64,000 nt of DNA from Lysobacterales bacterium (GTDB taxonomy: Bacteria > Pseudomonadota > Gammaproteobacteria > Xanthomonadales > SZUA-5): positions 160,001 through 224,000 of the forward strand of contig JALHMH010000001.1 of the NCBI GenBank assembly GCA_022844165.1. Direction: 5' to 3'. Under the pieces are notes generated by a model. It was not told the DNA's origin, did no database searches, and worked only from the letters and a program-made list of their open reading frames with translations. The position numbers and the translations under genes were made by a program. This document shows positions 1 to 8,404 of this stretch, in pieces (position 1 is the first letter of the stretch; every line of letters begins with the position of its first letter).

Positions 1-125
1 CGAATGCGCACGCGTCGTTCGCGCGATAACGCCTCTTACGGCGGTCGTGGTGGTTTTTCGTTGTTTTCGATCCGATAGTCGACCGCCATCGTGCCAACGG
101 CGCCGGGATGGCGCCGTTGTCGTTT

Positions 126-1508
126 TCAGTCCCCACCGCCGCAGCCGCCGCAACCTCCACCGCCGCCGCCATCCCCATCGCTTCCGCCGCCGTCTCCGCT
201 CGAACCCGGTGGGTGACGGGCCTTGTGGTAGTCGGCGAACGCCGTGGTGCTCATGACAGCAGTGCCGGCGATCGCCACCGCGAGCGCGAGTTCGTGAGCG
301 CGCGGCGCGCCAACGAGCCGCGCATTCGCCAGTTTTGCCTTTGCAACCGCAGCACTGCCTTCGAGCGTCTGTCGTGGGCGCTTGAACAGCATCACCAAAG
401 CGATGACACCTAAAACGATGCTGATTATCACCAGAAATCCAATCGGCTTGTCGCGCGCTGTGCCGATCACCATTTTGGCGATTCCAAAGAGCACGACCGC
501 GACGATCGGCAGCACCGGCAGCGCACGTGCGCGCCAGTCGGCGCTTGCATCGAGCAACAGCCGGCGTTGCGTCAAGCGCTGTTCGATGTTGGTCAATCGT
601 GGCGCCATCCGTCGCAGCAGCGCATCGGGCTTACCGTCGCTGGCGACACATCGCACGATGGAACGCTCCGGCTCTTGTTCGACCGTTGAGTGCGTTCCCT
701 TGAGTGAGCTGCTGGTCACGTCGAACTCGAGTTTCTTGTCGACCAGCATTTGTGCGACCACAGCATCGGTGCAGCGGTCAGCGCCAGCAACCAGATAGGC
801 AAGTTCGGGCGTGCTGAGGTGATGCGTATCGGCGGCGCCCTGGTCGCGCATCTTGTGGCGCAGCGTGAATCCGACAATCAGCGCGAGCACGCTGAGCCAG
901 CCATACAGCGTCAGAAACGGACCAGCGGTCCAGTTCAGCGGGTTGATCGATTCCGCTTGCGCACCAGCGGCCAAAACGAACCCGGCCGCCACCAGCGTTG
1001 AAGTGACGATTGCGCGCCGGGAAGGCCGCGCGATGACAAAGGTACGGCGGGTATCCACGCGACGCCAGCGTGCGGCGCTGGCGAACCGTTTGCGCGCATC
1101 CGGCCAGAGATCCGTGGGCGGGGATCCGAAGTGCCGCTCATAGAGCGCGAGCGTGTTGGCGTACTGCTCGTGAAAACGCGCTTGTTCAGCGCGACCGCCG
1201 CGCGTCGGCCCGTGGTGCAGGGGACGACGCAGTACCGTTGGGCAGTACACTTTCCAATAGTCCCAGGTGTACAAAAGGTGCAGATGCCAGACTTCATCGA
1301 CCGCTTCGCTGGGTGTGATCGGGTCGTCGCTGAGGACGCACAGGAAACAAAAGCGCCGATACTCGTCGATCGCGCGCAATGCGAAATCGCGTGTCCAGGC
1401 TTGATCGCGCATCAGGCGCGCGGTGAAGTCGAGGGTATCGTCACTTTGGAACGGATGTGCCAGCAGCCGTTGCCAGAGCGCGTGCTGTTCGCTGAATGTG
1501 CTGTCCAC
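126..1508 (-). CDS. TIGR04222-like membrane protein with N-terminal glycine-rich-domain-protein (GRDP/DUF1399-like) domain
   Basis: 460 aa ORF. N-terminal motif EYRRFCFL...PSEAVDEVWHLHLLYT..Y; TIGR04222-like start GPFLTLY; several TM segments; Gly-rich tail ending GGGGCGGCGGGD. Confidence 0.75.
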   Translation of the reverse strand: MDSTFSEQHALWQRLLAHPFQSDDTLDFTARLMRDQAWTRDFALRAIDEYRRFCFLCVLSDDPITPSEAVDEVWHLHLLYTWDYWKVYCPTVLRRPLHHGPTRGGRAEQARFHEQYANTLALYERHFGSPPTDLWPDARKRFASAARWRRVDTRRTFVIARPSRRAIVTSTLVAAGFVLAAGAQAESINPLNWTAGPFLTLYGWLSVLALIVGFTLRHKMRDQGAADTHHLSTPELAYLVAGADRCTDAVVAQMLVDKKLEFDVTSSSLKGTHSTVEQEPERSIVRCVASDGKPDALLRRMAPRLTNIEQRLTQRRLLLDASADWRARALPVLPIVAVVLFGIAKMVIGTARDKPIGFLVIISIVLGVIALVMLFKRPRQTLEGSAAVAKAKLANARLVGAPRAHELALAVAIAGTAVMSTTAFADYHKARHPPGSSGDGGGSDGDGGGGGGCGGCGGGD

Positions 1509-1587
1509 GGTGCTTTACCTTTTGCCCCTTGTGCCGCCATTGTAAGCGCTCGGTTCGACAGTACCGTTAAACCCAAATGGGGGAGAA

Positions 1588-2940
1588 ATGAACCTGGATT
1601 CCGTTGTTGGACCCGTCCTGAGGCACCGCTGGGCGGCCACCTGGTTTGGCGCAAAATCGCACAGGCGGGTCCATGCCTGCTGGATGGTTCTGTTCGGGCA
1701 TTGTGCGGTCGCTGCGCCCGAGTTCATGGTTGGCGAGTGGTGTGCAGGCAATGTTGAAGAGCGTTGGACACAGCCGGCGCACGGGTTGATGCTGGGCCAG
1801 TCGCGAACCATGAACGGCCGGAGCTTTGAGTTCTTGCGCATCATCAATCGCGATAGCGACTTACGTTATCTGGCTCAACCCGGTGGCCGTGCGCCGACCG
1901 AATTTATTGCGTCCGAGATCAGCGCTGAATCGGTGGTATTCGAAAATCCAAGCCACGACTGGCCCAAGCGTATCGAGTATCGCCGCACTGATAGCGGAAT
2001 GACGGCTACTGTGTCGGCGGGCGAGAACGATCCGCAAACCCAGATCCTGAACTTCAGCCCAGGGCGCTGCCAACCCGAGCGTATCGATACGGCGCCAGCG
2101 CTCAAGACCATGGCCGACGTGCTGCAAGCCAGTGGCAAAGAGCACTGGCGCGCGCCTGCACTGGAAAATACGCTGTACCTGGATCTGCCGAGCGGCACTG
2201 TCGTGATCGAATTGGCGCCAAGTTTCGCCCCGCAACATGTGGCGAACATCAAGGCCCTGGTTCGCGAAGATTATTTCGATGGATTGTCTATATTGCGAGT
2301 ACAGGACAACTTCGTTGCTCAATGGGGCGATCCAGACGCCGCCGACGAAAAGAAGCGGCGCCCTATCCAGGCGGCCAAGCGCAGTTTGCCACCGGAGTTT
2401 ACGCGGGCGAGTAGCGCAGAGTTGCCATTTCATGTGTTGCCCGATGGCGACGCATTCGCGCCTGAGGTTGGTTTCAGCGAAGGGTTTCCGGCCGCGCGAG
2501 GCGGCGGACGCACGTGGCTGGCGCACTGTTATGGCGCCGTTGGAGCGGGCCGTGACAACGGCGTCGACACCGGCGGCGGCACTGAGTTGTACGCGGTGAT
2601 CGGCCATGCGCCAAGGCAGTTGGAACGCAACATCACAACCGTCGGGCGCGTGATCTTCGGCATCGAGCACCTCTCATCGTTGCCGCGAGGCCCGGCGCCG
2701 ATGGGTTTTTACGATCAGCCAACGCAGCGTGTGCCGATCCGATCGGTGCGAATTGCGGCGGACGTGCCAGCGCCAGATCGCCTCGCGCTTGAAGTCTTCC
2801 GCACCGATACGCCTTTGTTCGATGCACTGATCGAAGCACGCCGCAATCGGCGCGACGATTGGTACAAGGAGCCGGCGGGAACCATCGACTTATGCAACGT
2901 TCCCATTCCGGTCAGACGGGTGGACAAGACAACACCATGA
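1588..2940 (+). CDS. DUF6265-like domain fused to a cyclophilin-type peptidyl-prolyl isomerase
   Basis: N-half motifs GEWC..EERW...GLMLGQSRT...FEFLRI and [14 protein letters not shown]; C-half [46 protein letters not shown] before ATG 1588, but start uncertain. Confidence 0.75.
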   Translation: MNLDSVVGPVLRHRWAATWFGAKSHRRVHACWMVLFGHCAVAAPEFMVGEWCAGNVEERWTQPAHGLMLGQSRTMNGRSFEFLRIINRDSDLRYLAQPGGRAPTEFIASEISAESVVFENPSHDWPKRIEYRRTDSGMTATVSAGENDPQTQILNFSPGRCQPERIDTAPALKTMADVLQASGKEHWRAPALENTLYLDLPSGTVVIELAPSFAPQHVANIKALVREDYFDGLSILRVQDNFVAQWGDPDAADEKKRRPIQAAKRSLPPEFTRASSAELPFHVLPDGDAFAPEVGFSEGFPAARGGGRTWLAHCYGAVGAGRDNGVDTGGGTELYAVIGHAPRQLERNITTVGRVIFGIEHLSSLPRGPAPMGFYDQPTQRVPIRSVRIAADVPAPDRLALEVFRTDTPLFDALIEARRNRRDDWYKEPAGTIDLCNVPIPVRRVDKTTP

Positions 2941-3488
2941 TCAAAATCAACTTCGGCTCGGGCCACTTCCCGCTGCAGGGCTGGGTCAACGTCGATAGCG
3001 ATCCAGGTTGCAATCCGGACGTGGTAGCCGACCTGGGAAAACCCTTGCCGTTCGATGCAGGCTGCGCGAGCCATTTGCATAGCGAGGATTTCTTCGACCA
3101 GTTGCCGCTCGAGCTGGCCTGCGCTTTTTTGCGCGATTGCCATCGACTGCTGGCGCCCGGCGGTGTCATGCGCCTGTTGACACCGGATCTGGCACAGCTG
3201 GCTGGCATGTACGTTGCCCGCGATCCCCGTTTGTTGCAGCTTTGGCAGGACAACGTGCCTGTTCCGCTGAAGACAGGACGTCATTGCGAGGTACTCAATC
3301 TTGGAATGCGGCTGGGTGGCCACACTTTTCTGTACGATGCCGAGACGCTTAAGCACGTGCTCGCCGAGTGTGGTTTTGAGGGCCGCGAGGTGAGCTACAA
3401 CCACAGTGCCGAACCGGAACTACGCGGTATTGATTTGCGCTCGCCGGACAATGCGATCAGCCTGTACTTCGATTGTTATCGGATCTGA
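2937..3488 (+). CDS. class I SAM-dependent methyltransferase-like protein
   Basis: KINFGSG...GWVNVD and [11 protein letters not shown] motifs; ATGA overlap with the upstream stop. Confidence 0.75.
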   Translation: MIKINFGSGHFPLQGWVNVDSDPGCNPDVVADLGKPLPFDAGCASHLHSEDFFDQLPLELACAFLRDCHRLLAPGGVMRLLTPDLAQLAGMYVARDPRLLQLWQDNVPVPLKTGRHCEVLNLGMRLGGHTFLYDAETLKHVLAECGFEGREVSYNHSAEPELRGIDLRSPDNAISLYFDCYRI

Positions 3489-3585
3489 TGGCAATAAATG
3501 ACGGCGAAAGTCGGTTTGGACAGGGCGAAATGACCGATGGCAGTTGCCCAAAGTGCGCAGAATCTGATGAAGTCTGGTTTGTGCG

Positions 3586-3613
3586 GGAACCAGTGCCCCG
3601 CAAGCGCGTCATA
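3586..3613 (+). promoter_or_regulatory. putative sigma-E (RpoE) promoter of prc
   Basis: GGAACC-N16-GTCATA, 45 nt upstream of the prc ATG; resembles the ECF sigma-E consensus GGAAC(T)-N15-17-GTCnnA. Confidence 0.6.
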
Positions 3614-3658
3614 AACTCTGCCGGCGATTCCGGCAGCGATTGAAAAAAGAGGAATTCG

Positions 3659-5788
3659 ATGAACAAGACGTCTTTGCTGGCCTTTGCGATTGCGTTGACT
3701 CTCGGTTCGGCGGTGGACGCCAAACCTAAGACGGTCGATTTGGCGGAGCTTAAGTTCACGACCGAACAAACCGAGGCCGCCAGCTGGGTGGCCCGGTTCC
3801 TGACGCGTCTGCATTACGCCAGCAAGCCGCTGGATGACGCGATGTCGCAGGAGATGCTCAAGCGCTATATCGAAGCGCTCGACAGCGAGAAGGTGTTTTT
3901 CCTCGCCAGCGACATTCAGGAATTCGAGGTGGCGTACGCCAAAACGCTGGACGACGCGATCGCCCGCGAGCAACTCGATGCTCCGTTCGTGATTTATCGG
4001 CGCTACGTGCAGCGGCTCAACGAGCGCACAGACTATGCCCGCGGATTGCTCGAAAAAGGCTTCGATTTCGATGTCGACGAAAACTACGCATACGATCGCG
4101 AAGGTGCGCCATGGGCCTCATCCGTTGCTGAGTTGAACGAGCACTGGCGGTTGCGCGTCAAGAATGACTGGCTGCGTTTGAAATTGGCCAAGCGGGATGG
4201 TGCGAAAATTGCTGAAACGCTCGACAAGCGCTACGCCGATTTCAACGTACGCGTTGGCCAACTGGATGGCGAAGATATTTTTCAGACCTTCTTGAATGCG
4301 TATGCGATGGCGATTGAGCCGCATACCAACTACCTGGGTCCGCGCGCCAGCGAGAACTTCGCCATTTCGATGCGCCTGAGTCTCGAAGGGATCGGAGCCG
4401 TGCTGCAGCGCGATGGCGAGTACGTCGTGGTGCGATCGGTCGTCGAAGGTGGTCCTGCCTCGAGAGACGGTCGTATCAAACCGGGCGATCGGATTCTGGC
4501 CGTGGGTCAGGCCCGGGATACGCAGCTGACGGACGTCGTTGGCTGGCGGCTCGAGGACGTGGTGGAGTTGATTCGTGGCAAGAAGGACACGCGGGTCAAG
4601 CTCGATGTTTTGCCCAAAGAGCTTTCGATCGGCGGTCAGTCGCAGCTTGTGGAGCTGACGCGAGACAAAGTCAAGCTTGAGGAGCAAGCAGCCCGCCAAC
4701 GCGTGATCGAAACCGACGGCGCGGTGAAAAAACGTATTGGTGTGATCGAGTTGCCGGCCTTTTACAGCGACTTCGCCGCGCAAGCGCGCGGCGAGGCCGA
4801 CTATCGCAGCTCGACTCGCGATGTGCGCAAACTGCTGAGCGAGCTGCAGGCCGAAAAAGTGGATGGTGTATTGATCGATTTGCGCAATAACGGTGGGGGT
4901 TCGCTGGAAGAAGCGGCGGATTTGACCGGGCTCTTTATCGACGAGGGTCCGGTGGTGCAGATCAGCGATGGTCGCGGTCGCGTTGCGGTCAAAGAGGATC
5001 CGAATCGAGGCGTGGTTTACACCGGCCCGCTCGCGGTGATGATCAATCGTGCGTCTGCATCGGCGTCCGAAATTTTTGCCGGTGCGATACAGGACTATGG
5101 GCGCGGCGTCATCATCGGCGAAACCACATTCGGCAAAGGCACGGTCCAGGAATTGAAGGACTTGGACTACATGGCCAACAAGGACGTACCAACCCTGGGT
5201 CAGCTCAAGCTCACGGTGGCGCAGTTCTTCCGCATCGACGGCGGCTCGACGCAACACAAAGGTGTTATTCCCGACATCAAGTATCCAGCCACACTGGAAG
5301 GCGTCGAATACGGCGAGTCGAGTTATGACAATGCGCTGCCCTGGACGCAGATCGCTGCCGCCGACTATTTGCCCGTCGGCGACTTTTCGCGGATGTTGCC
5401 CAAACTGGAGGCACGCCATACAGCGCGCATCAAGAGCGATCAGGAGTTCGTTTTCCTGGCGGAGGACATTGCGGAGGCCAAAGCCGTCCGGGAGCGCAAT
5501 CAGATCTCATTGAATTACGCCACGCGCGAAGCCGAACGGAAGGCTGACGAAGCGAAACTGCAAGCGCGCGCCAAGGCACGCGGAGAAACCGAAGATCAAC
5601 TGGCAGCCTTGGATGACGGCCTGAATGCGAACGAACGTGGCGTCGATCTTGAGGACGAAGAGAAGGACGAAAAACCCGATCCGTTTTTGGTTGAAGGCGC
5701 CCGAATCCTTGCTGACGCGATCGCGCTGTTAAAGGCGGACCCGCAAATCGCCGCCGTGCGCGACGTGGTGCGTAAACCGGGCAGCTGA
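3659..5788 (+). CDS. prc: tail-specific (C-terminal processing) protease, S41A
   Basis: Signal peptide, PDZ (SLEGIGAVL), DLRNNGGG, SASASEIFAGA, TFGKGTVQ; 709 aa. Confidence 0.95.
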   Translation: MNKTSLLAFAIALTLGSAVDAKPKTVDLAELKFTTEQTEAASWVARFLTRLHYASKPLDDAMSQEMLKRYIEALDSEKVFFLASDIQEFEVAYAKTLDDAIAREQLDAPFVIYRRYVQRLNERTDYARGLLEKGFDFDVDENYAYDREGAPWASSVAELNEHWRLRVKNDWLRLKLAKRDGAKIAETLDKRYADFNVRVGQLDGEDIFQTFLNAYAMAIEPHTNYLGPRASENFAISMRLSLEGIGAVLQRDGEYVVVRSVVEGGPASRDGRIKPGDRILAVGQARDTQLTDVVGWRLEDVVELIRGKKDTRVKLDVLPKELSIGGQSQLVELTRDKVKLEEQAARQRVIETDGAVKKRIGVIELPAFYSDFAAQARGEADYRSSTRDVRKLLSELQAEKVDGVLIDLRNNGGGSLEEAADLTGLFIDEGPVVQISDGRGRVAVKEDPNRGVVYTGPLAVMINRASASASEIFAGAIQDYGRGVIIGETTFGKGTVQELKDLDYMANKDVPTLGQLKLTVAQFFRIDGGSTQHKGVIPDIKYPATLEGVEYGESSYDNALPWTQIAAADYLPVGDFSRMLPKLEARHTARIKSDQEFVFLAEDIAEAKAVRERNQISLNYATREAERKADEAKLQARAKARGETEDQLAALDDGLNANERGVDLEDEEKDEKPDPFLVEGARILADAIALLKADPQIAAVRDVVRKPGS

Positions 5789-5843
5789 TTGTGGCCATTG
5801 TTCGAGGCGGCGCGACCCGCCGCCTTGAGTCTTTCGTTGCTCG

Positions 5844-6323
5844 TCAGCTCTCGTAGCGGACTTCCACAATCTCGTAGCTCTTGCGCCCGCCGGGCGTTTC
5901 GATGTGCACGACATCGCCTTCGCTCTTGCCGATCAGTGCGCGCGCCACTGGAGAGCTGACGGAGATCATCCTTTGTTTGATGTCGGCCTCCAGATCGCCA
6001 ACGATCTGGTACGTTAAAGTCTCGTCGCTGTGGATGTCTTGTACATCGACGATTGCGCCAAAGACAATGCGCGAGCCCGGATTGAGCTTGCTTACATCAA
6101 TGATCTCGGCGTTCGCCAAAGTCGCTTCCAATTCGCCGATACGGCCTTCGGTAAAACCCTGTTGCTCGCGCGCGGCGTGGTACTCAGCGTTTTCGCGCAG
6201 ATCGCCGTGCGCACGCGCCTCGGCAATGGCTGCAATGATCTGAGGTCGCATGACCGATTTCAGATGTTCGAGTTCCGCACGCAATCGTTGCGCACCTTTG
6301 GGCGTCAATGGGGCTCGTTTCAT
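5844..6323 (-). CDS. greA: transcription elongation factor GreA
   Basis: [20 protein letters not shown] and [14 protein letters not shown]; start at ATG 6323. Confidence 0.95.
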   Translation of the reverse strand: MKRAPLTPKGAQRLRAELEHLKSVMRPQIIAAIAEARAHGDLRENAEYHAAREQQGFTEGRIGELEATLANAEIIDVSKLNPGSRIVFGAIVDVQDIHSDETLTYQIVGDLEADIKQRMISVSSPVARALIGKSEGDVVHIETPGGRKSYEIVEVRYES

Positions 6324-6492
6324 CGGTTTCCAACCAGTCGGACTGGCGCGCGAGTAAAGCGGATTTGCCGCGAAATGCAAGTTGAGCCGTTTCGCCGCGA
6401 AATTCCGCTTCTCAGCAGAGGCGTTTTAAGAGCCGGCATTGATCGCATTTCGCAACACTGCTATCACGCGCCTATCACAGGAGGAGTCCCCG

Positions 6493-8400
6493 ATGTTTCA
6501 GTCAACGCTATTGGTCGCCGCGTTAGCGGCTGCAACTGAGATCCCTGTCGCCAACTTCGTGGCGCCGCCGGCGCTGGAGGCGATGAAGTTGTCGCCGGAC
6601 GGTAAACACCTGGCGCTGGTTGTTCCGCAATCAGAGTACGAGACGATGTTGGTGGTCATGGACGCCAAATCGCTGAAGCCTGTTGGTGGATTGCGTTCAG
6701 CGCAGCGGCGTCACATCGAGAACGTCTGGTGGGCAAGCGATACGCGCCTCGTGATCTCCACGGCGGAGAAGTATGGCAGTCTCGACACGCCCTACGCGAC
6801 GGGCCATCTGGAAGGCGTCGACTTTGACGGAAAACGTGTGCGTCGCCTGTACGGCAACGATGGCGAACAGCAGCTGGGAACACGCCGAAAAACACGAGCA
6901 ACGGAGACGGGTTTCGCCTACATGGTGGATCCACTCCCGGACATGCCGGAGTACGCGGCCATCGGCCTTTACTCTGGGAAGGTGAATGACCCTTATCCCG
7001 ATCTGATGTTGTTGAACGTGGTCAACGGCAATAGCAAACAGCTGGCCAAGGCGCCGGTGCCATCCGCCAATTTCATTGTTGATCGCAAAGGACAGCCGCA
7101 CTTTGTCGCCGGCACGCGCGACGGTTGGCAGGAGCTTTACCAACGGGTCGACGAGGGTTGGCGTTTGATCAACAAAGAGGCAGAGAGTCATGAGGAACTG
7201 CGGCCCTTGCATCTGGCAGGTGATGGCAAACTCTATATCCATCGGCTGCCTGCCAGCGGACCTGGGCAGGTCGAGCTTTGGGATCCGGCATCTGGCCAGT
7301 CTGAGGTGCTTTATCAGCCCTCGATTGCCGAGCCATACGGTTTCTCGGTCAGCGCCGATGGCAACAAACTGACGGGCGTCATCACGGCGGATGGTCGCTT
7401 TAGTTTCGAAGCTTTCGACAAGTCGGCGCCAGAGGCGCGCGCAATCGCAGCATTGAGCAAGAGCTTTCCCGACGCCTTGGTTCATCCCATCGACTACTCG
7501 CGCGACGGCAAGACAACGCTTTTCCGTGTCGGCAGCGATAGAAACTCTGGCGAGTATTACCTGCTCGAAGACGGCAAAGCGCGTTTTTTGCTGGCGCGCG
7601 ATGAAGGCCTCGATCCGGCGCTGATGCGGCCTACCGAAGCGATCTCTCTGAAGGCACGCGACGGTCGGGCCTTGCACGGTTATCTCACCAGACCTGCGGG
7701 CGAAGCAAAAGCCCCCCTCGTCGTGTTGCCGCACGGCGGCCCGCACGGCGTGCGCGACTACGCAGAATTCGACGCAGAAGTTCAGTTCCTGGCCAATCGA
7801 GGATTTGCGGTGCTGCAAGTGAACTTTCGCGGTTCCGGCGGCTACGGCCAGGAGTTTGCGACTTCCGGTTATGGTCAATGGGGCGGGTCGATGATCGATG
7901 ACTTGCTCGATGCCACCAGACACGTGATCGAATTGGGTCATGTCGACGAAAAACGCATCTGTTCTTATGGCGCGAGCTATGGCGGATTTGCAGCGCTGTC
8001 GATGGCGGTGCGCGAGCCGGACCTTCTGCGCTGTGCGATCAGCTACGTGGGCGTGTCCGATCTCGAACTCATGTACTCGCGCGGAGACATCAGCAATAGT
8101 CGGGAAGGGAAGGATTACCTCGAACGGGTGCTGGGCAAAGACAAGGCGTTGATGGCGCAATACTCGCCGGTGAATCACGCCGACAGGATCCAGGCCAAGG
8201 TGATGCTGGTGCACGGCGGCGATGATTTTCGAGTGCCGCCGGTGCATGCCAAACGCATGAAGAGCGAACTGGAGAAAGCAGGAAAGACGGTCGAGTGGCT
8301 CTACAAAATCGACGAAGGCCATGGATTCTACAAGCGCGAGCACCGCGAGGAGTTTTTGAGCAAGTTGATCGAGTTCTTGCGTGCGAATACTGGCGCCTGA
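6493..8400 (+). CDS. secreted S9 (prolyl oligopeptidase family) peptidase
   Basis: GAGGAG SD, signal peptide, propeller region, HGGP, GASYGG nucleophile, DFRV Asp, EGHGF His. Confidence 0.9.
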   Translation: MFQSTLLVAALAAATEIPVANFVAPPALEAMKLSPDGKHLALVVPQSEYETMLVVMDAKSLKPVGGLRSAQRRHIENVWWASDTRLVISTAEKYGSLDTPYATGHLEGVDFDGKRVRRLYGNDGEQQLGTRRKTRATETGFAYMVDPLPDMPEYAAIGLYSGKVNDPYPDLMLLNVVNGNSKQLAKAPVPSANFIVDRKGQPHFVAGTRDGWQELYQRVDEGWRLINKEAESHEELRPLHLAGDGKLYIHRLPASGPGQVELWDPASGQSEVLYQPSIAEPYGFSVSADGNKLTGVITADGRFSFEAFDKSAPEARAIAALSKSFPDALVHPIDYSRDGKTTLFRVGSDRNSGEYYLLEDGKARFLLARDEGLDPALMRPTEAISLKARDGRALHGYLTRPAGEAKAPLVVLPHGGPHGVRDYAEFDAEVQFLANRGFAVLQVNFRGSGGYGQEFATSGYGQWGGSMIDDLLDATRHVIELGHVDEKRICSYGASYGGFAALSMAVREPDLLRCAISYVGVSDLELMYSRGDISNSREGKDYLERVLGKDKALMAQYSPVNHADRIQAKVMLVHGGDDFRVPPVHAKRMKSELEKAGKTVEWLYKIDEGHGFYKREHREEFLSKLIEFLRANTGA

Positions 8401-8404
8401 GGCG

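Noticed and set aside
130-200. GCC-rich low-complexity repeat
   Set aside because: Simply encodes the poly-Gly tail of the first CDS
3564-3600. CTGATGA resembling a hammerhead ribozyme core
   Set aside because: No downstream stem II-GAAA or closing stems
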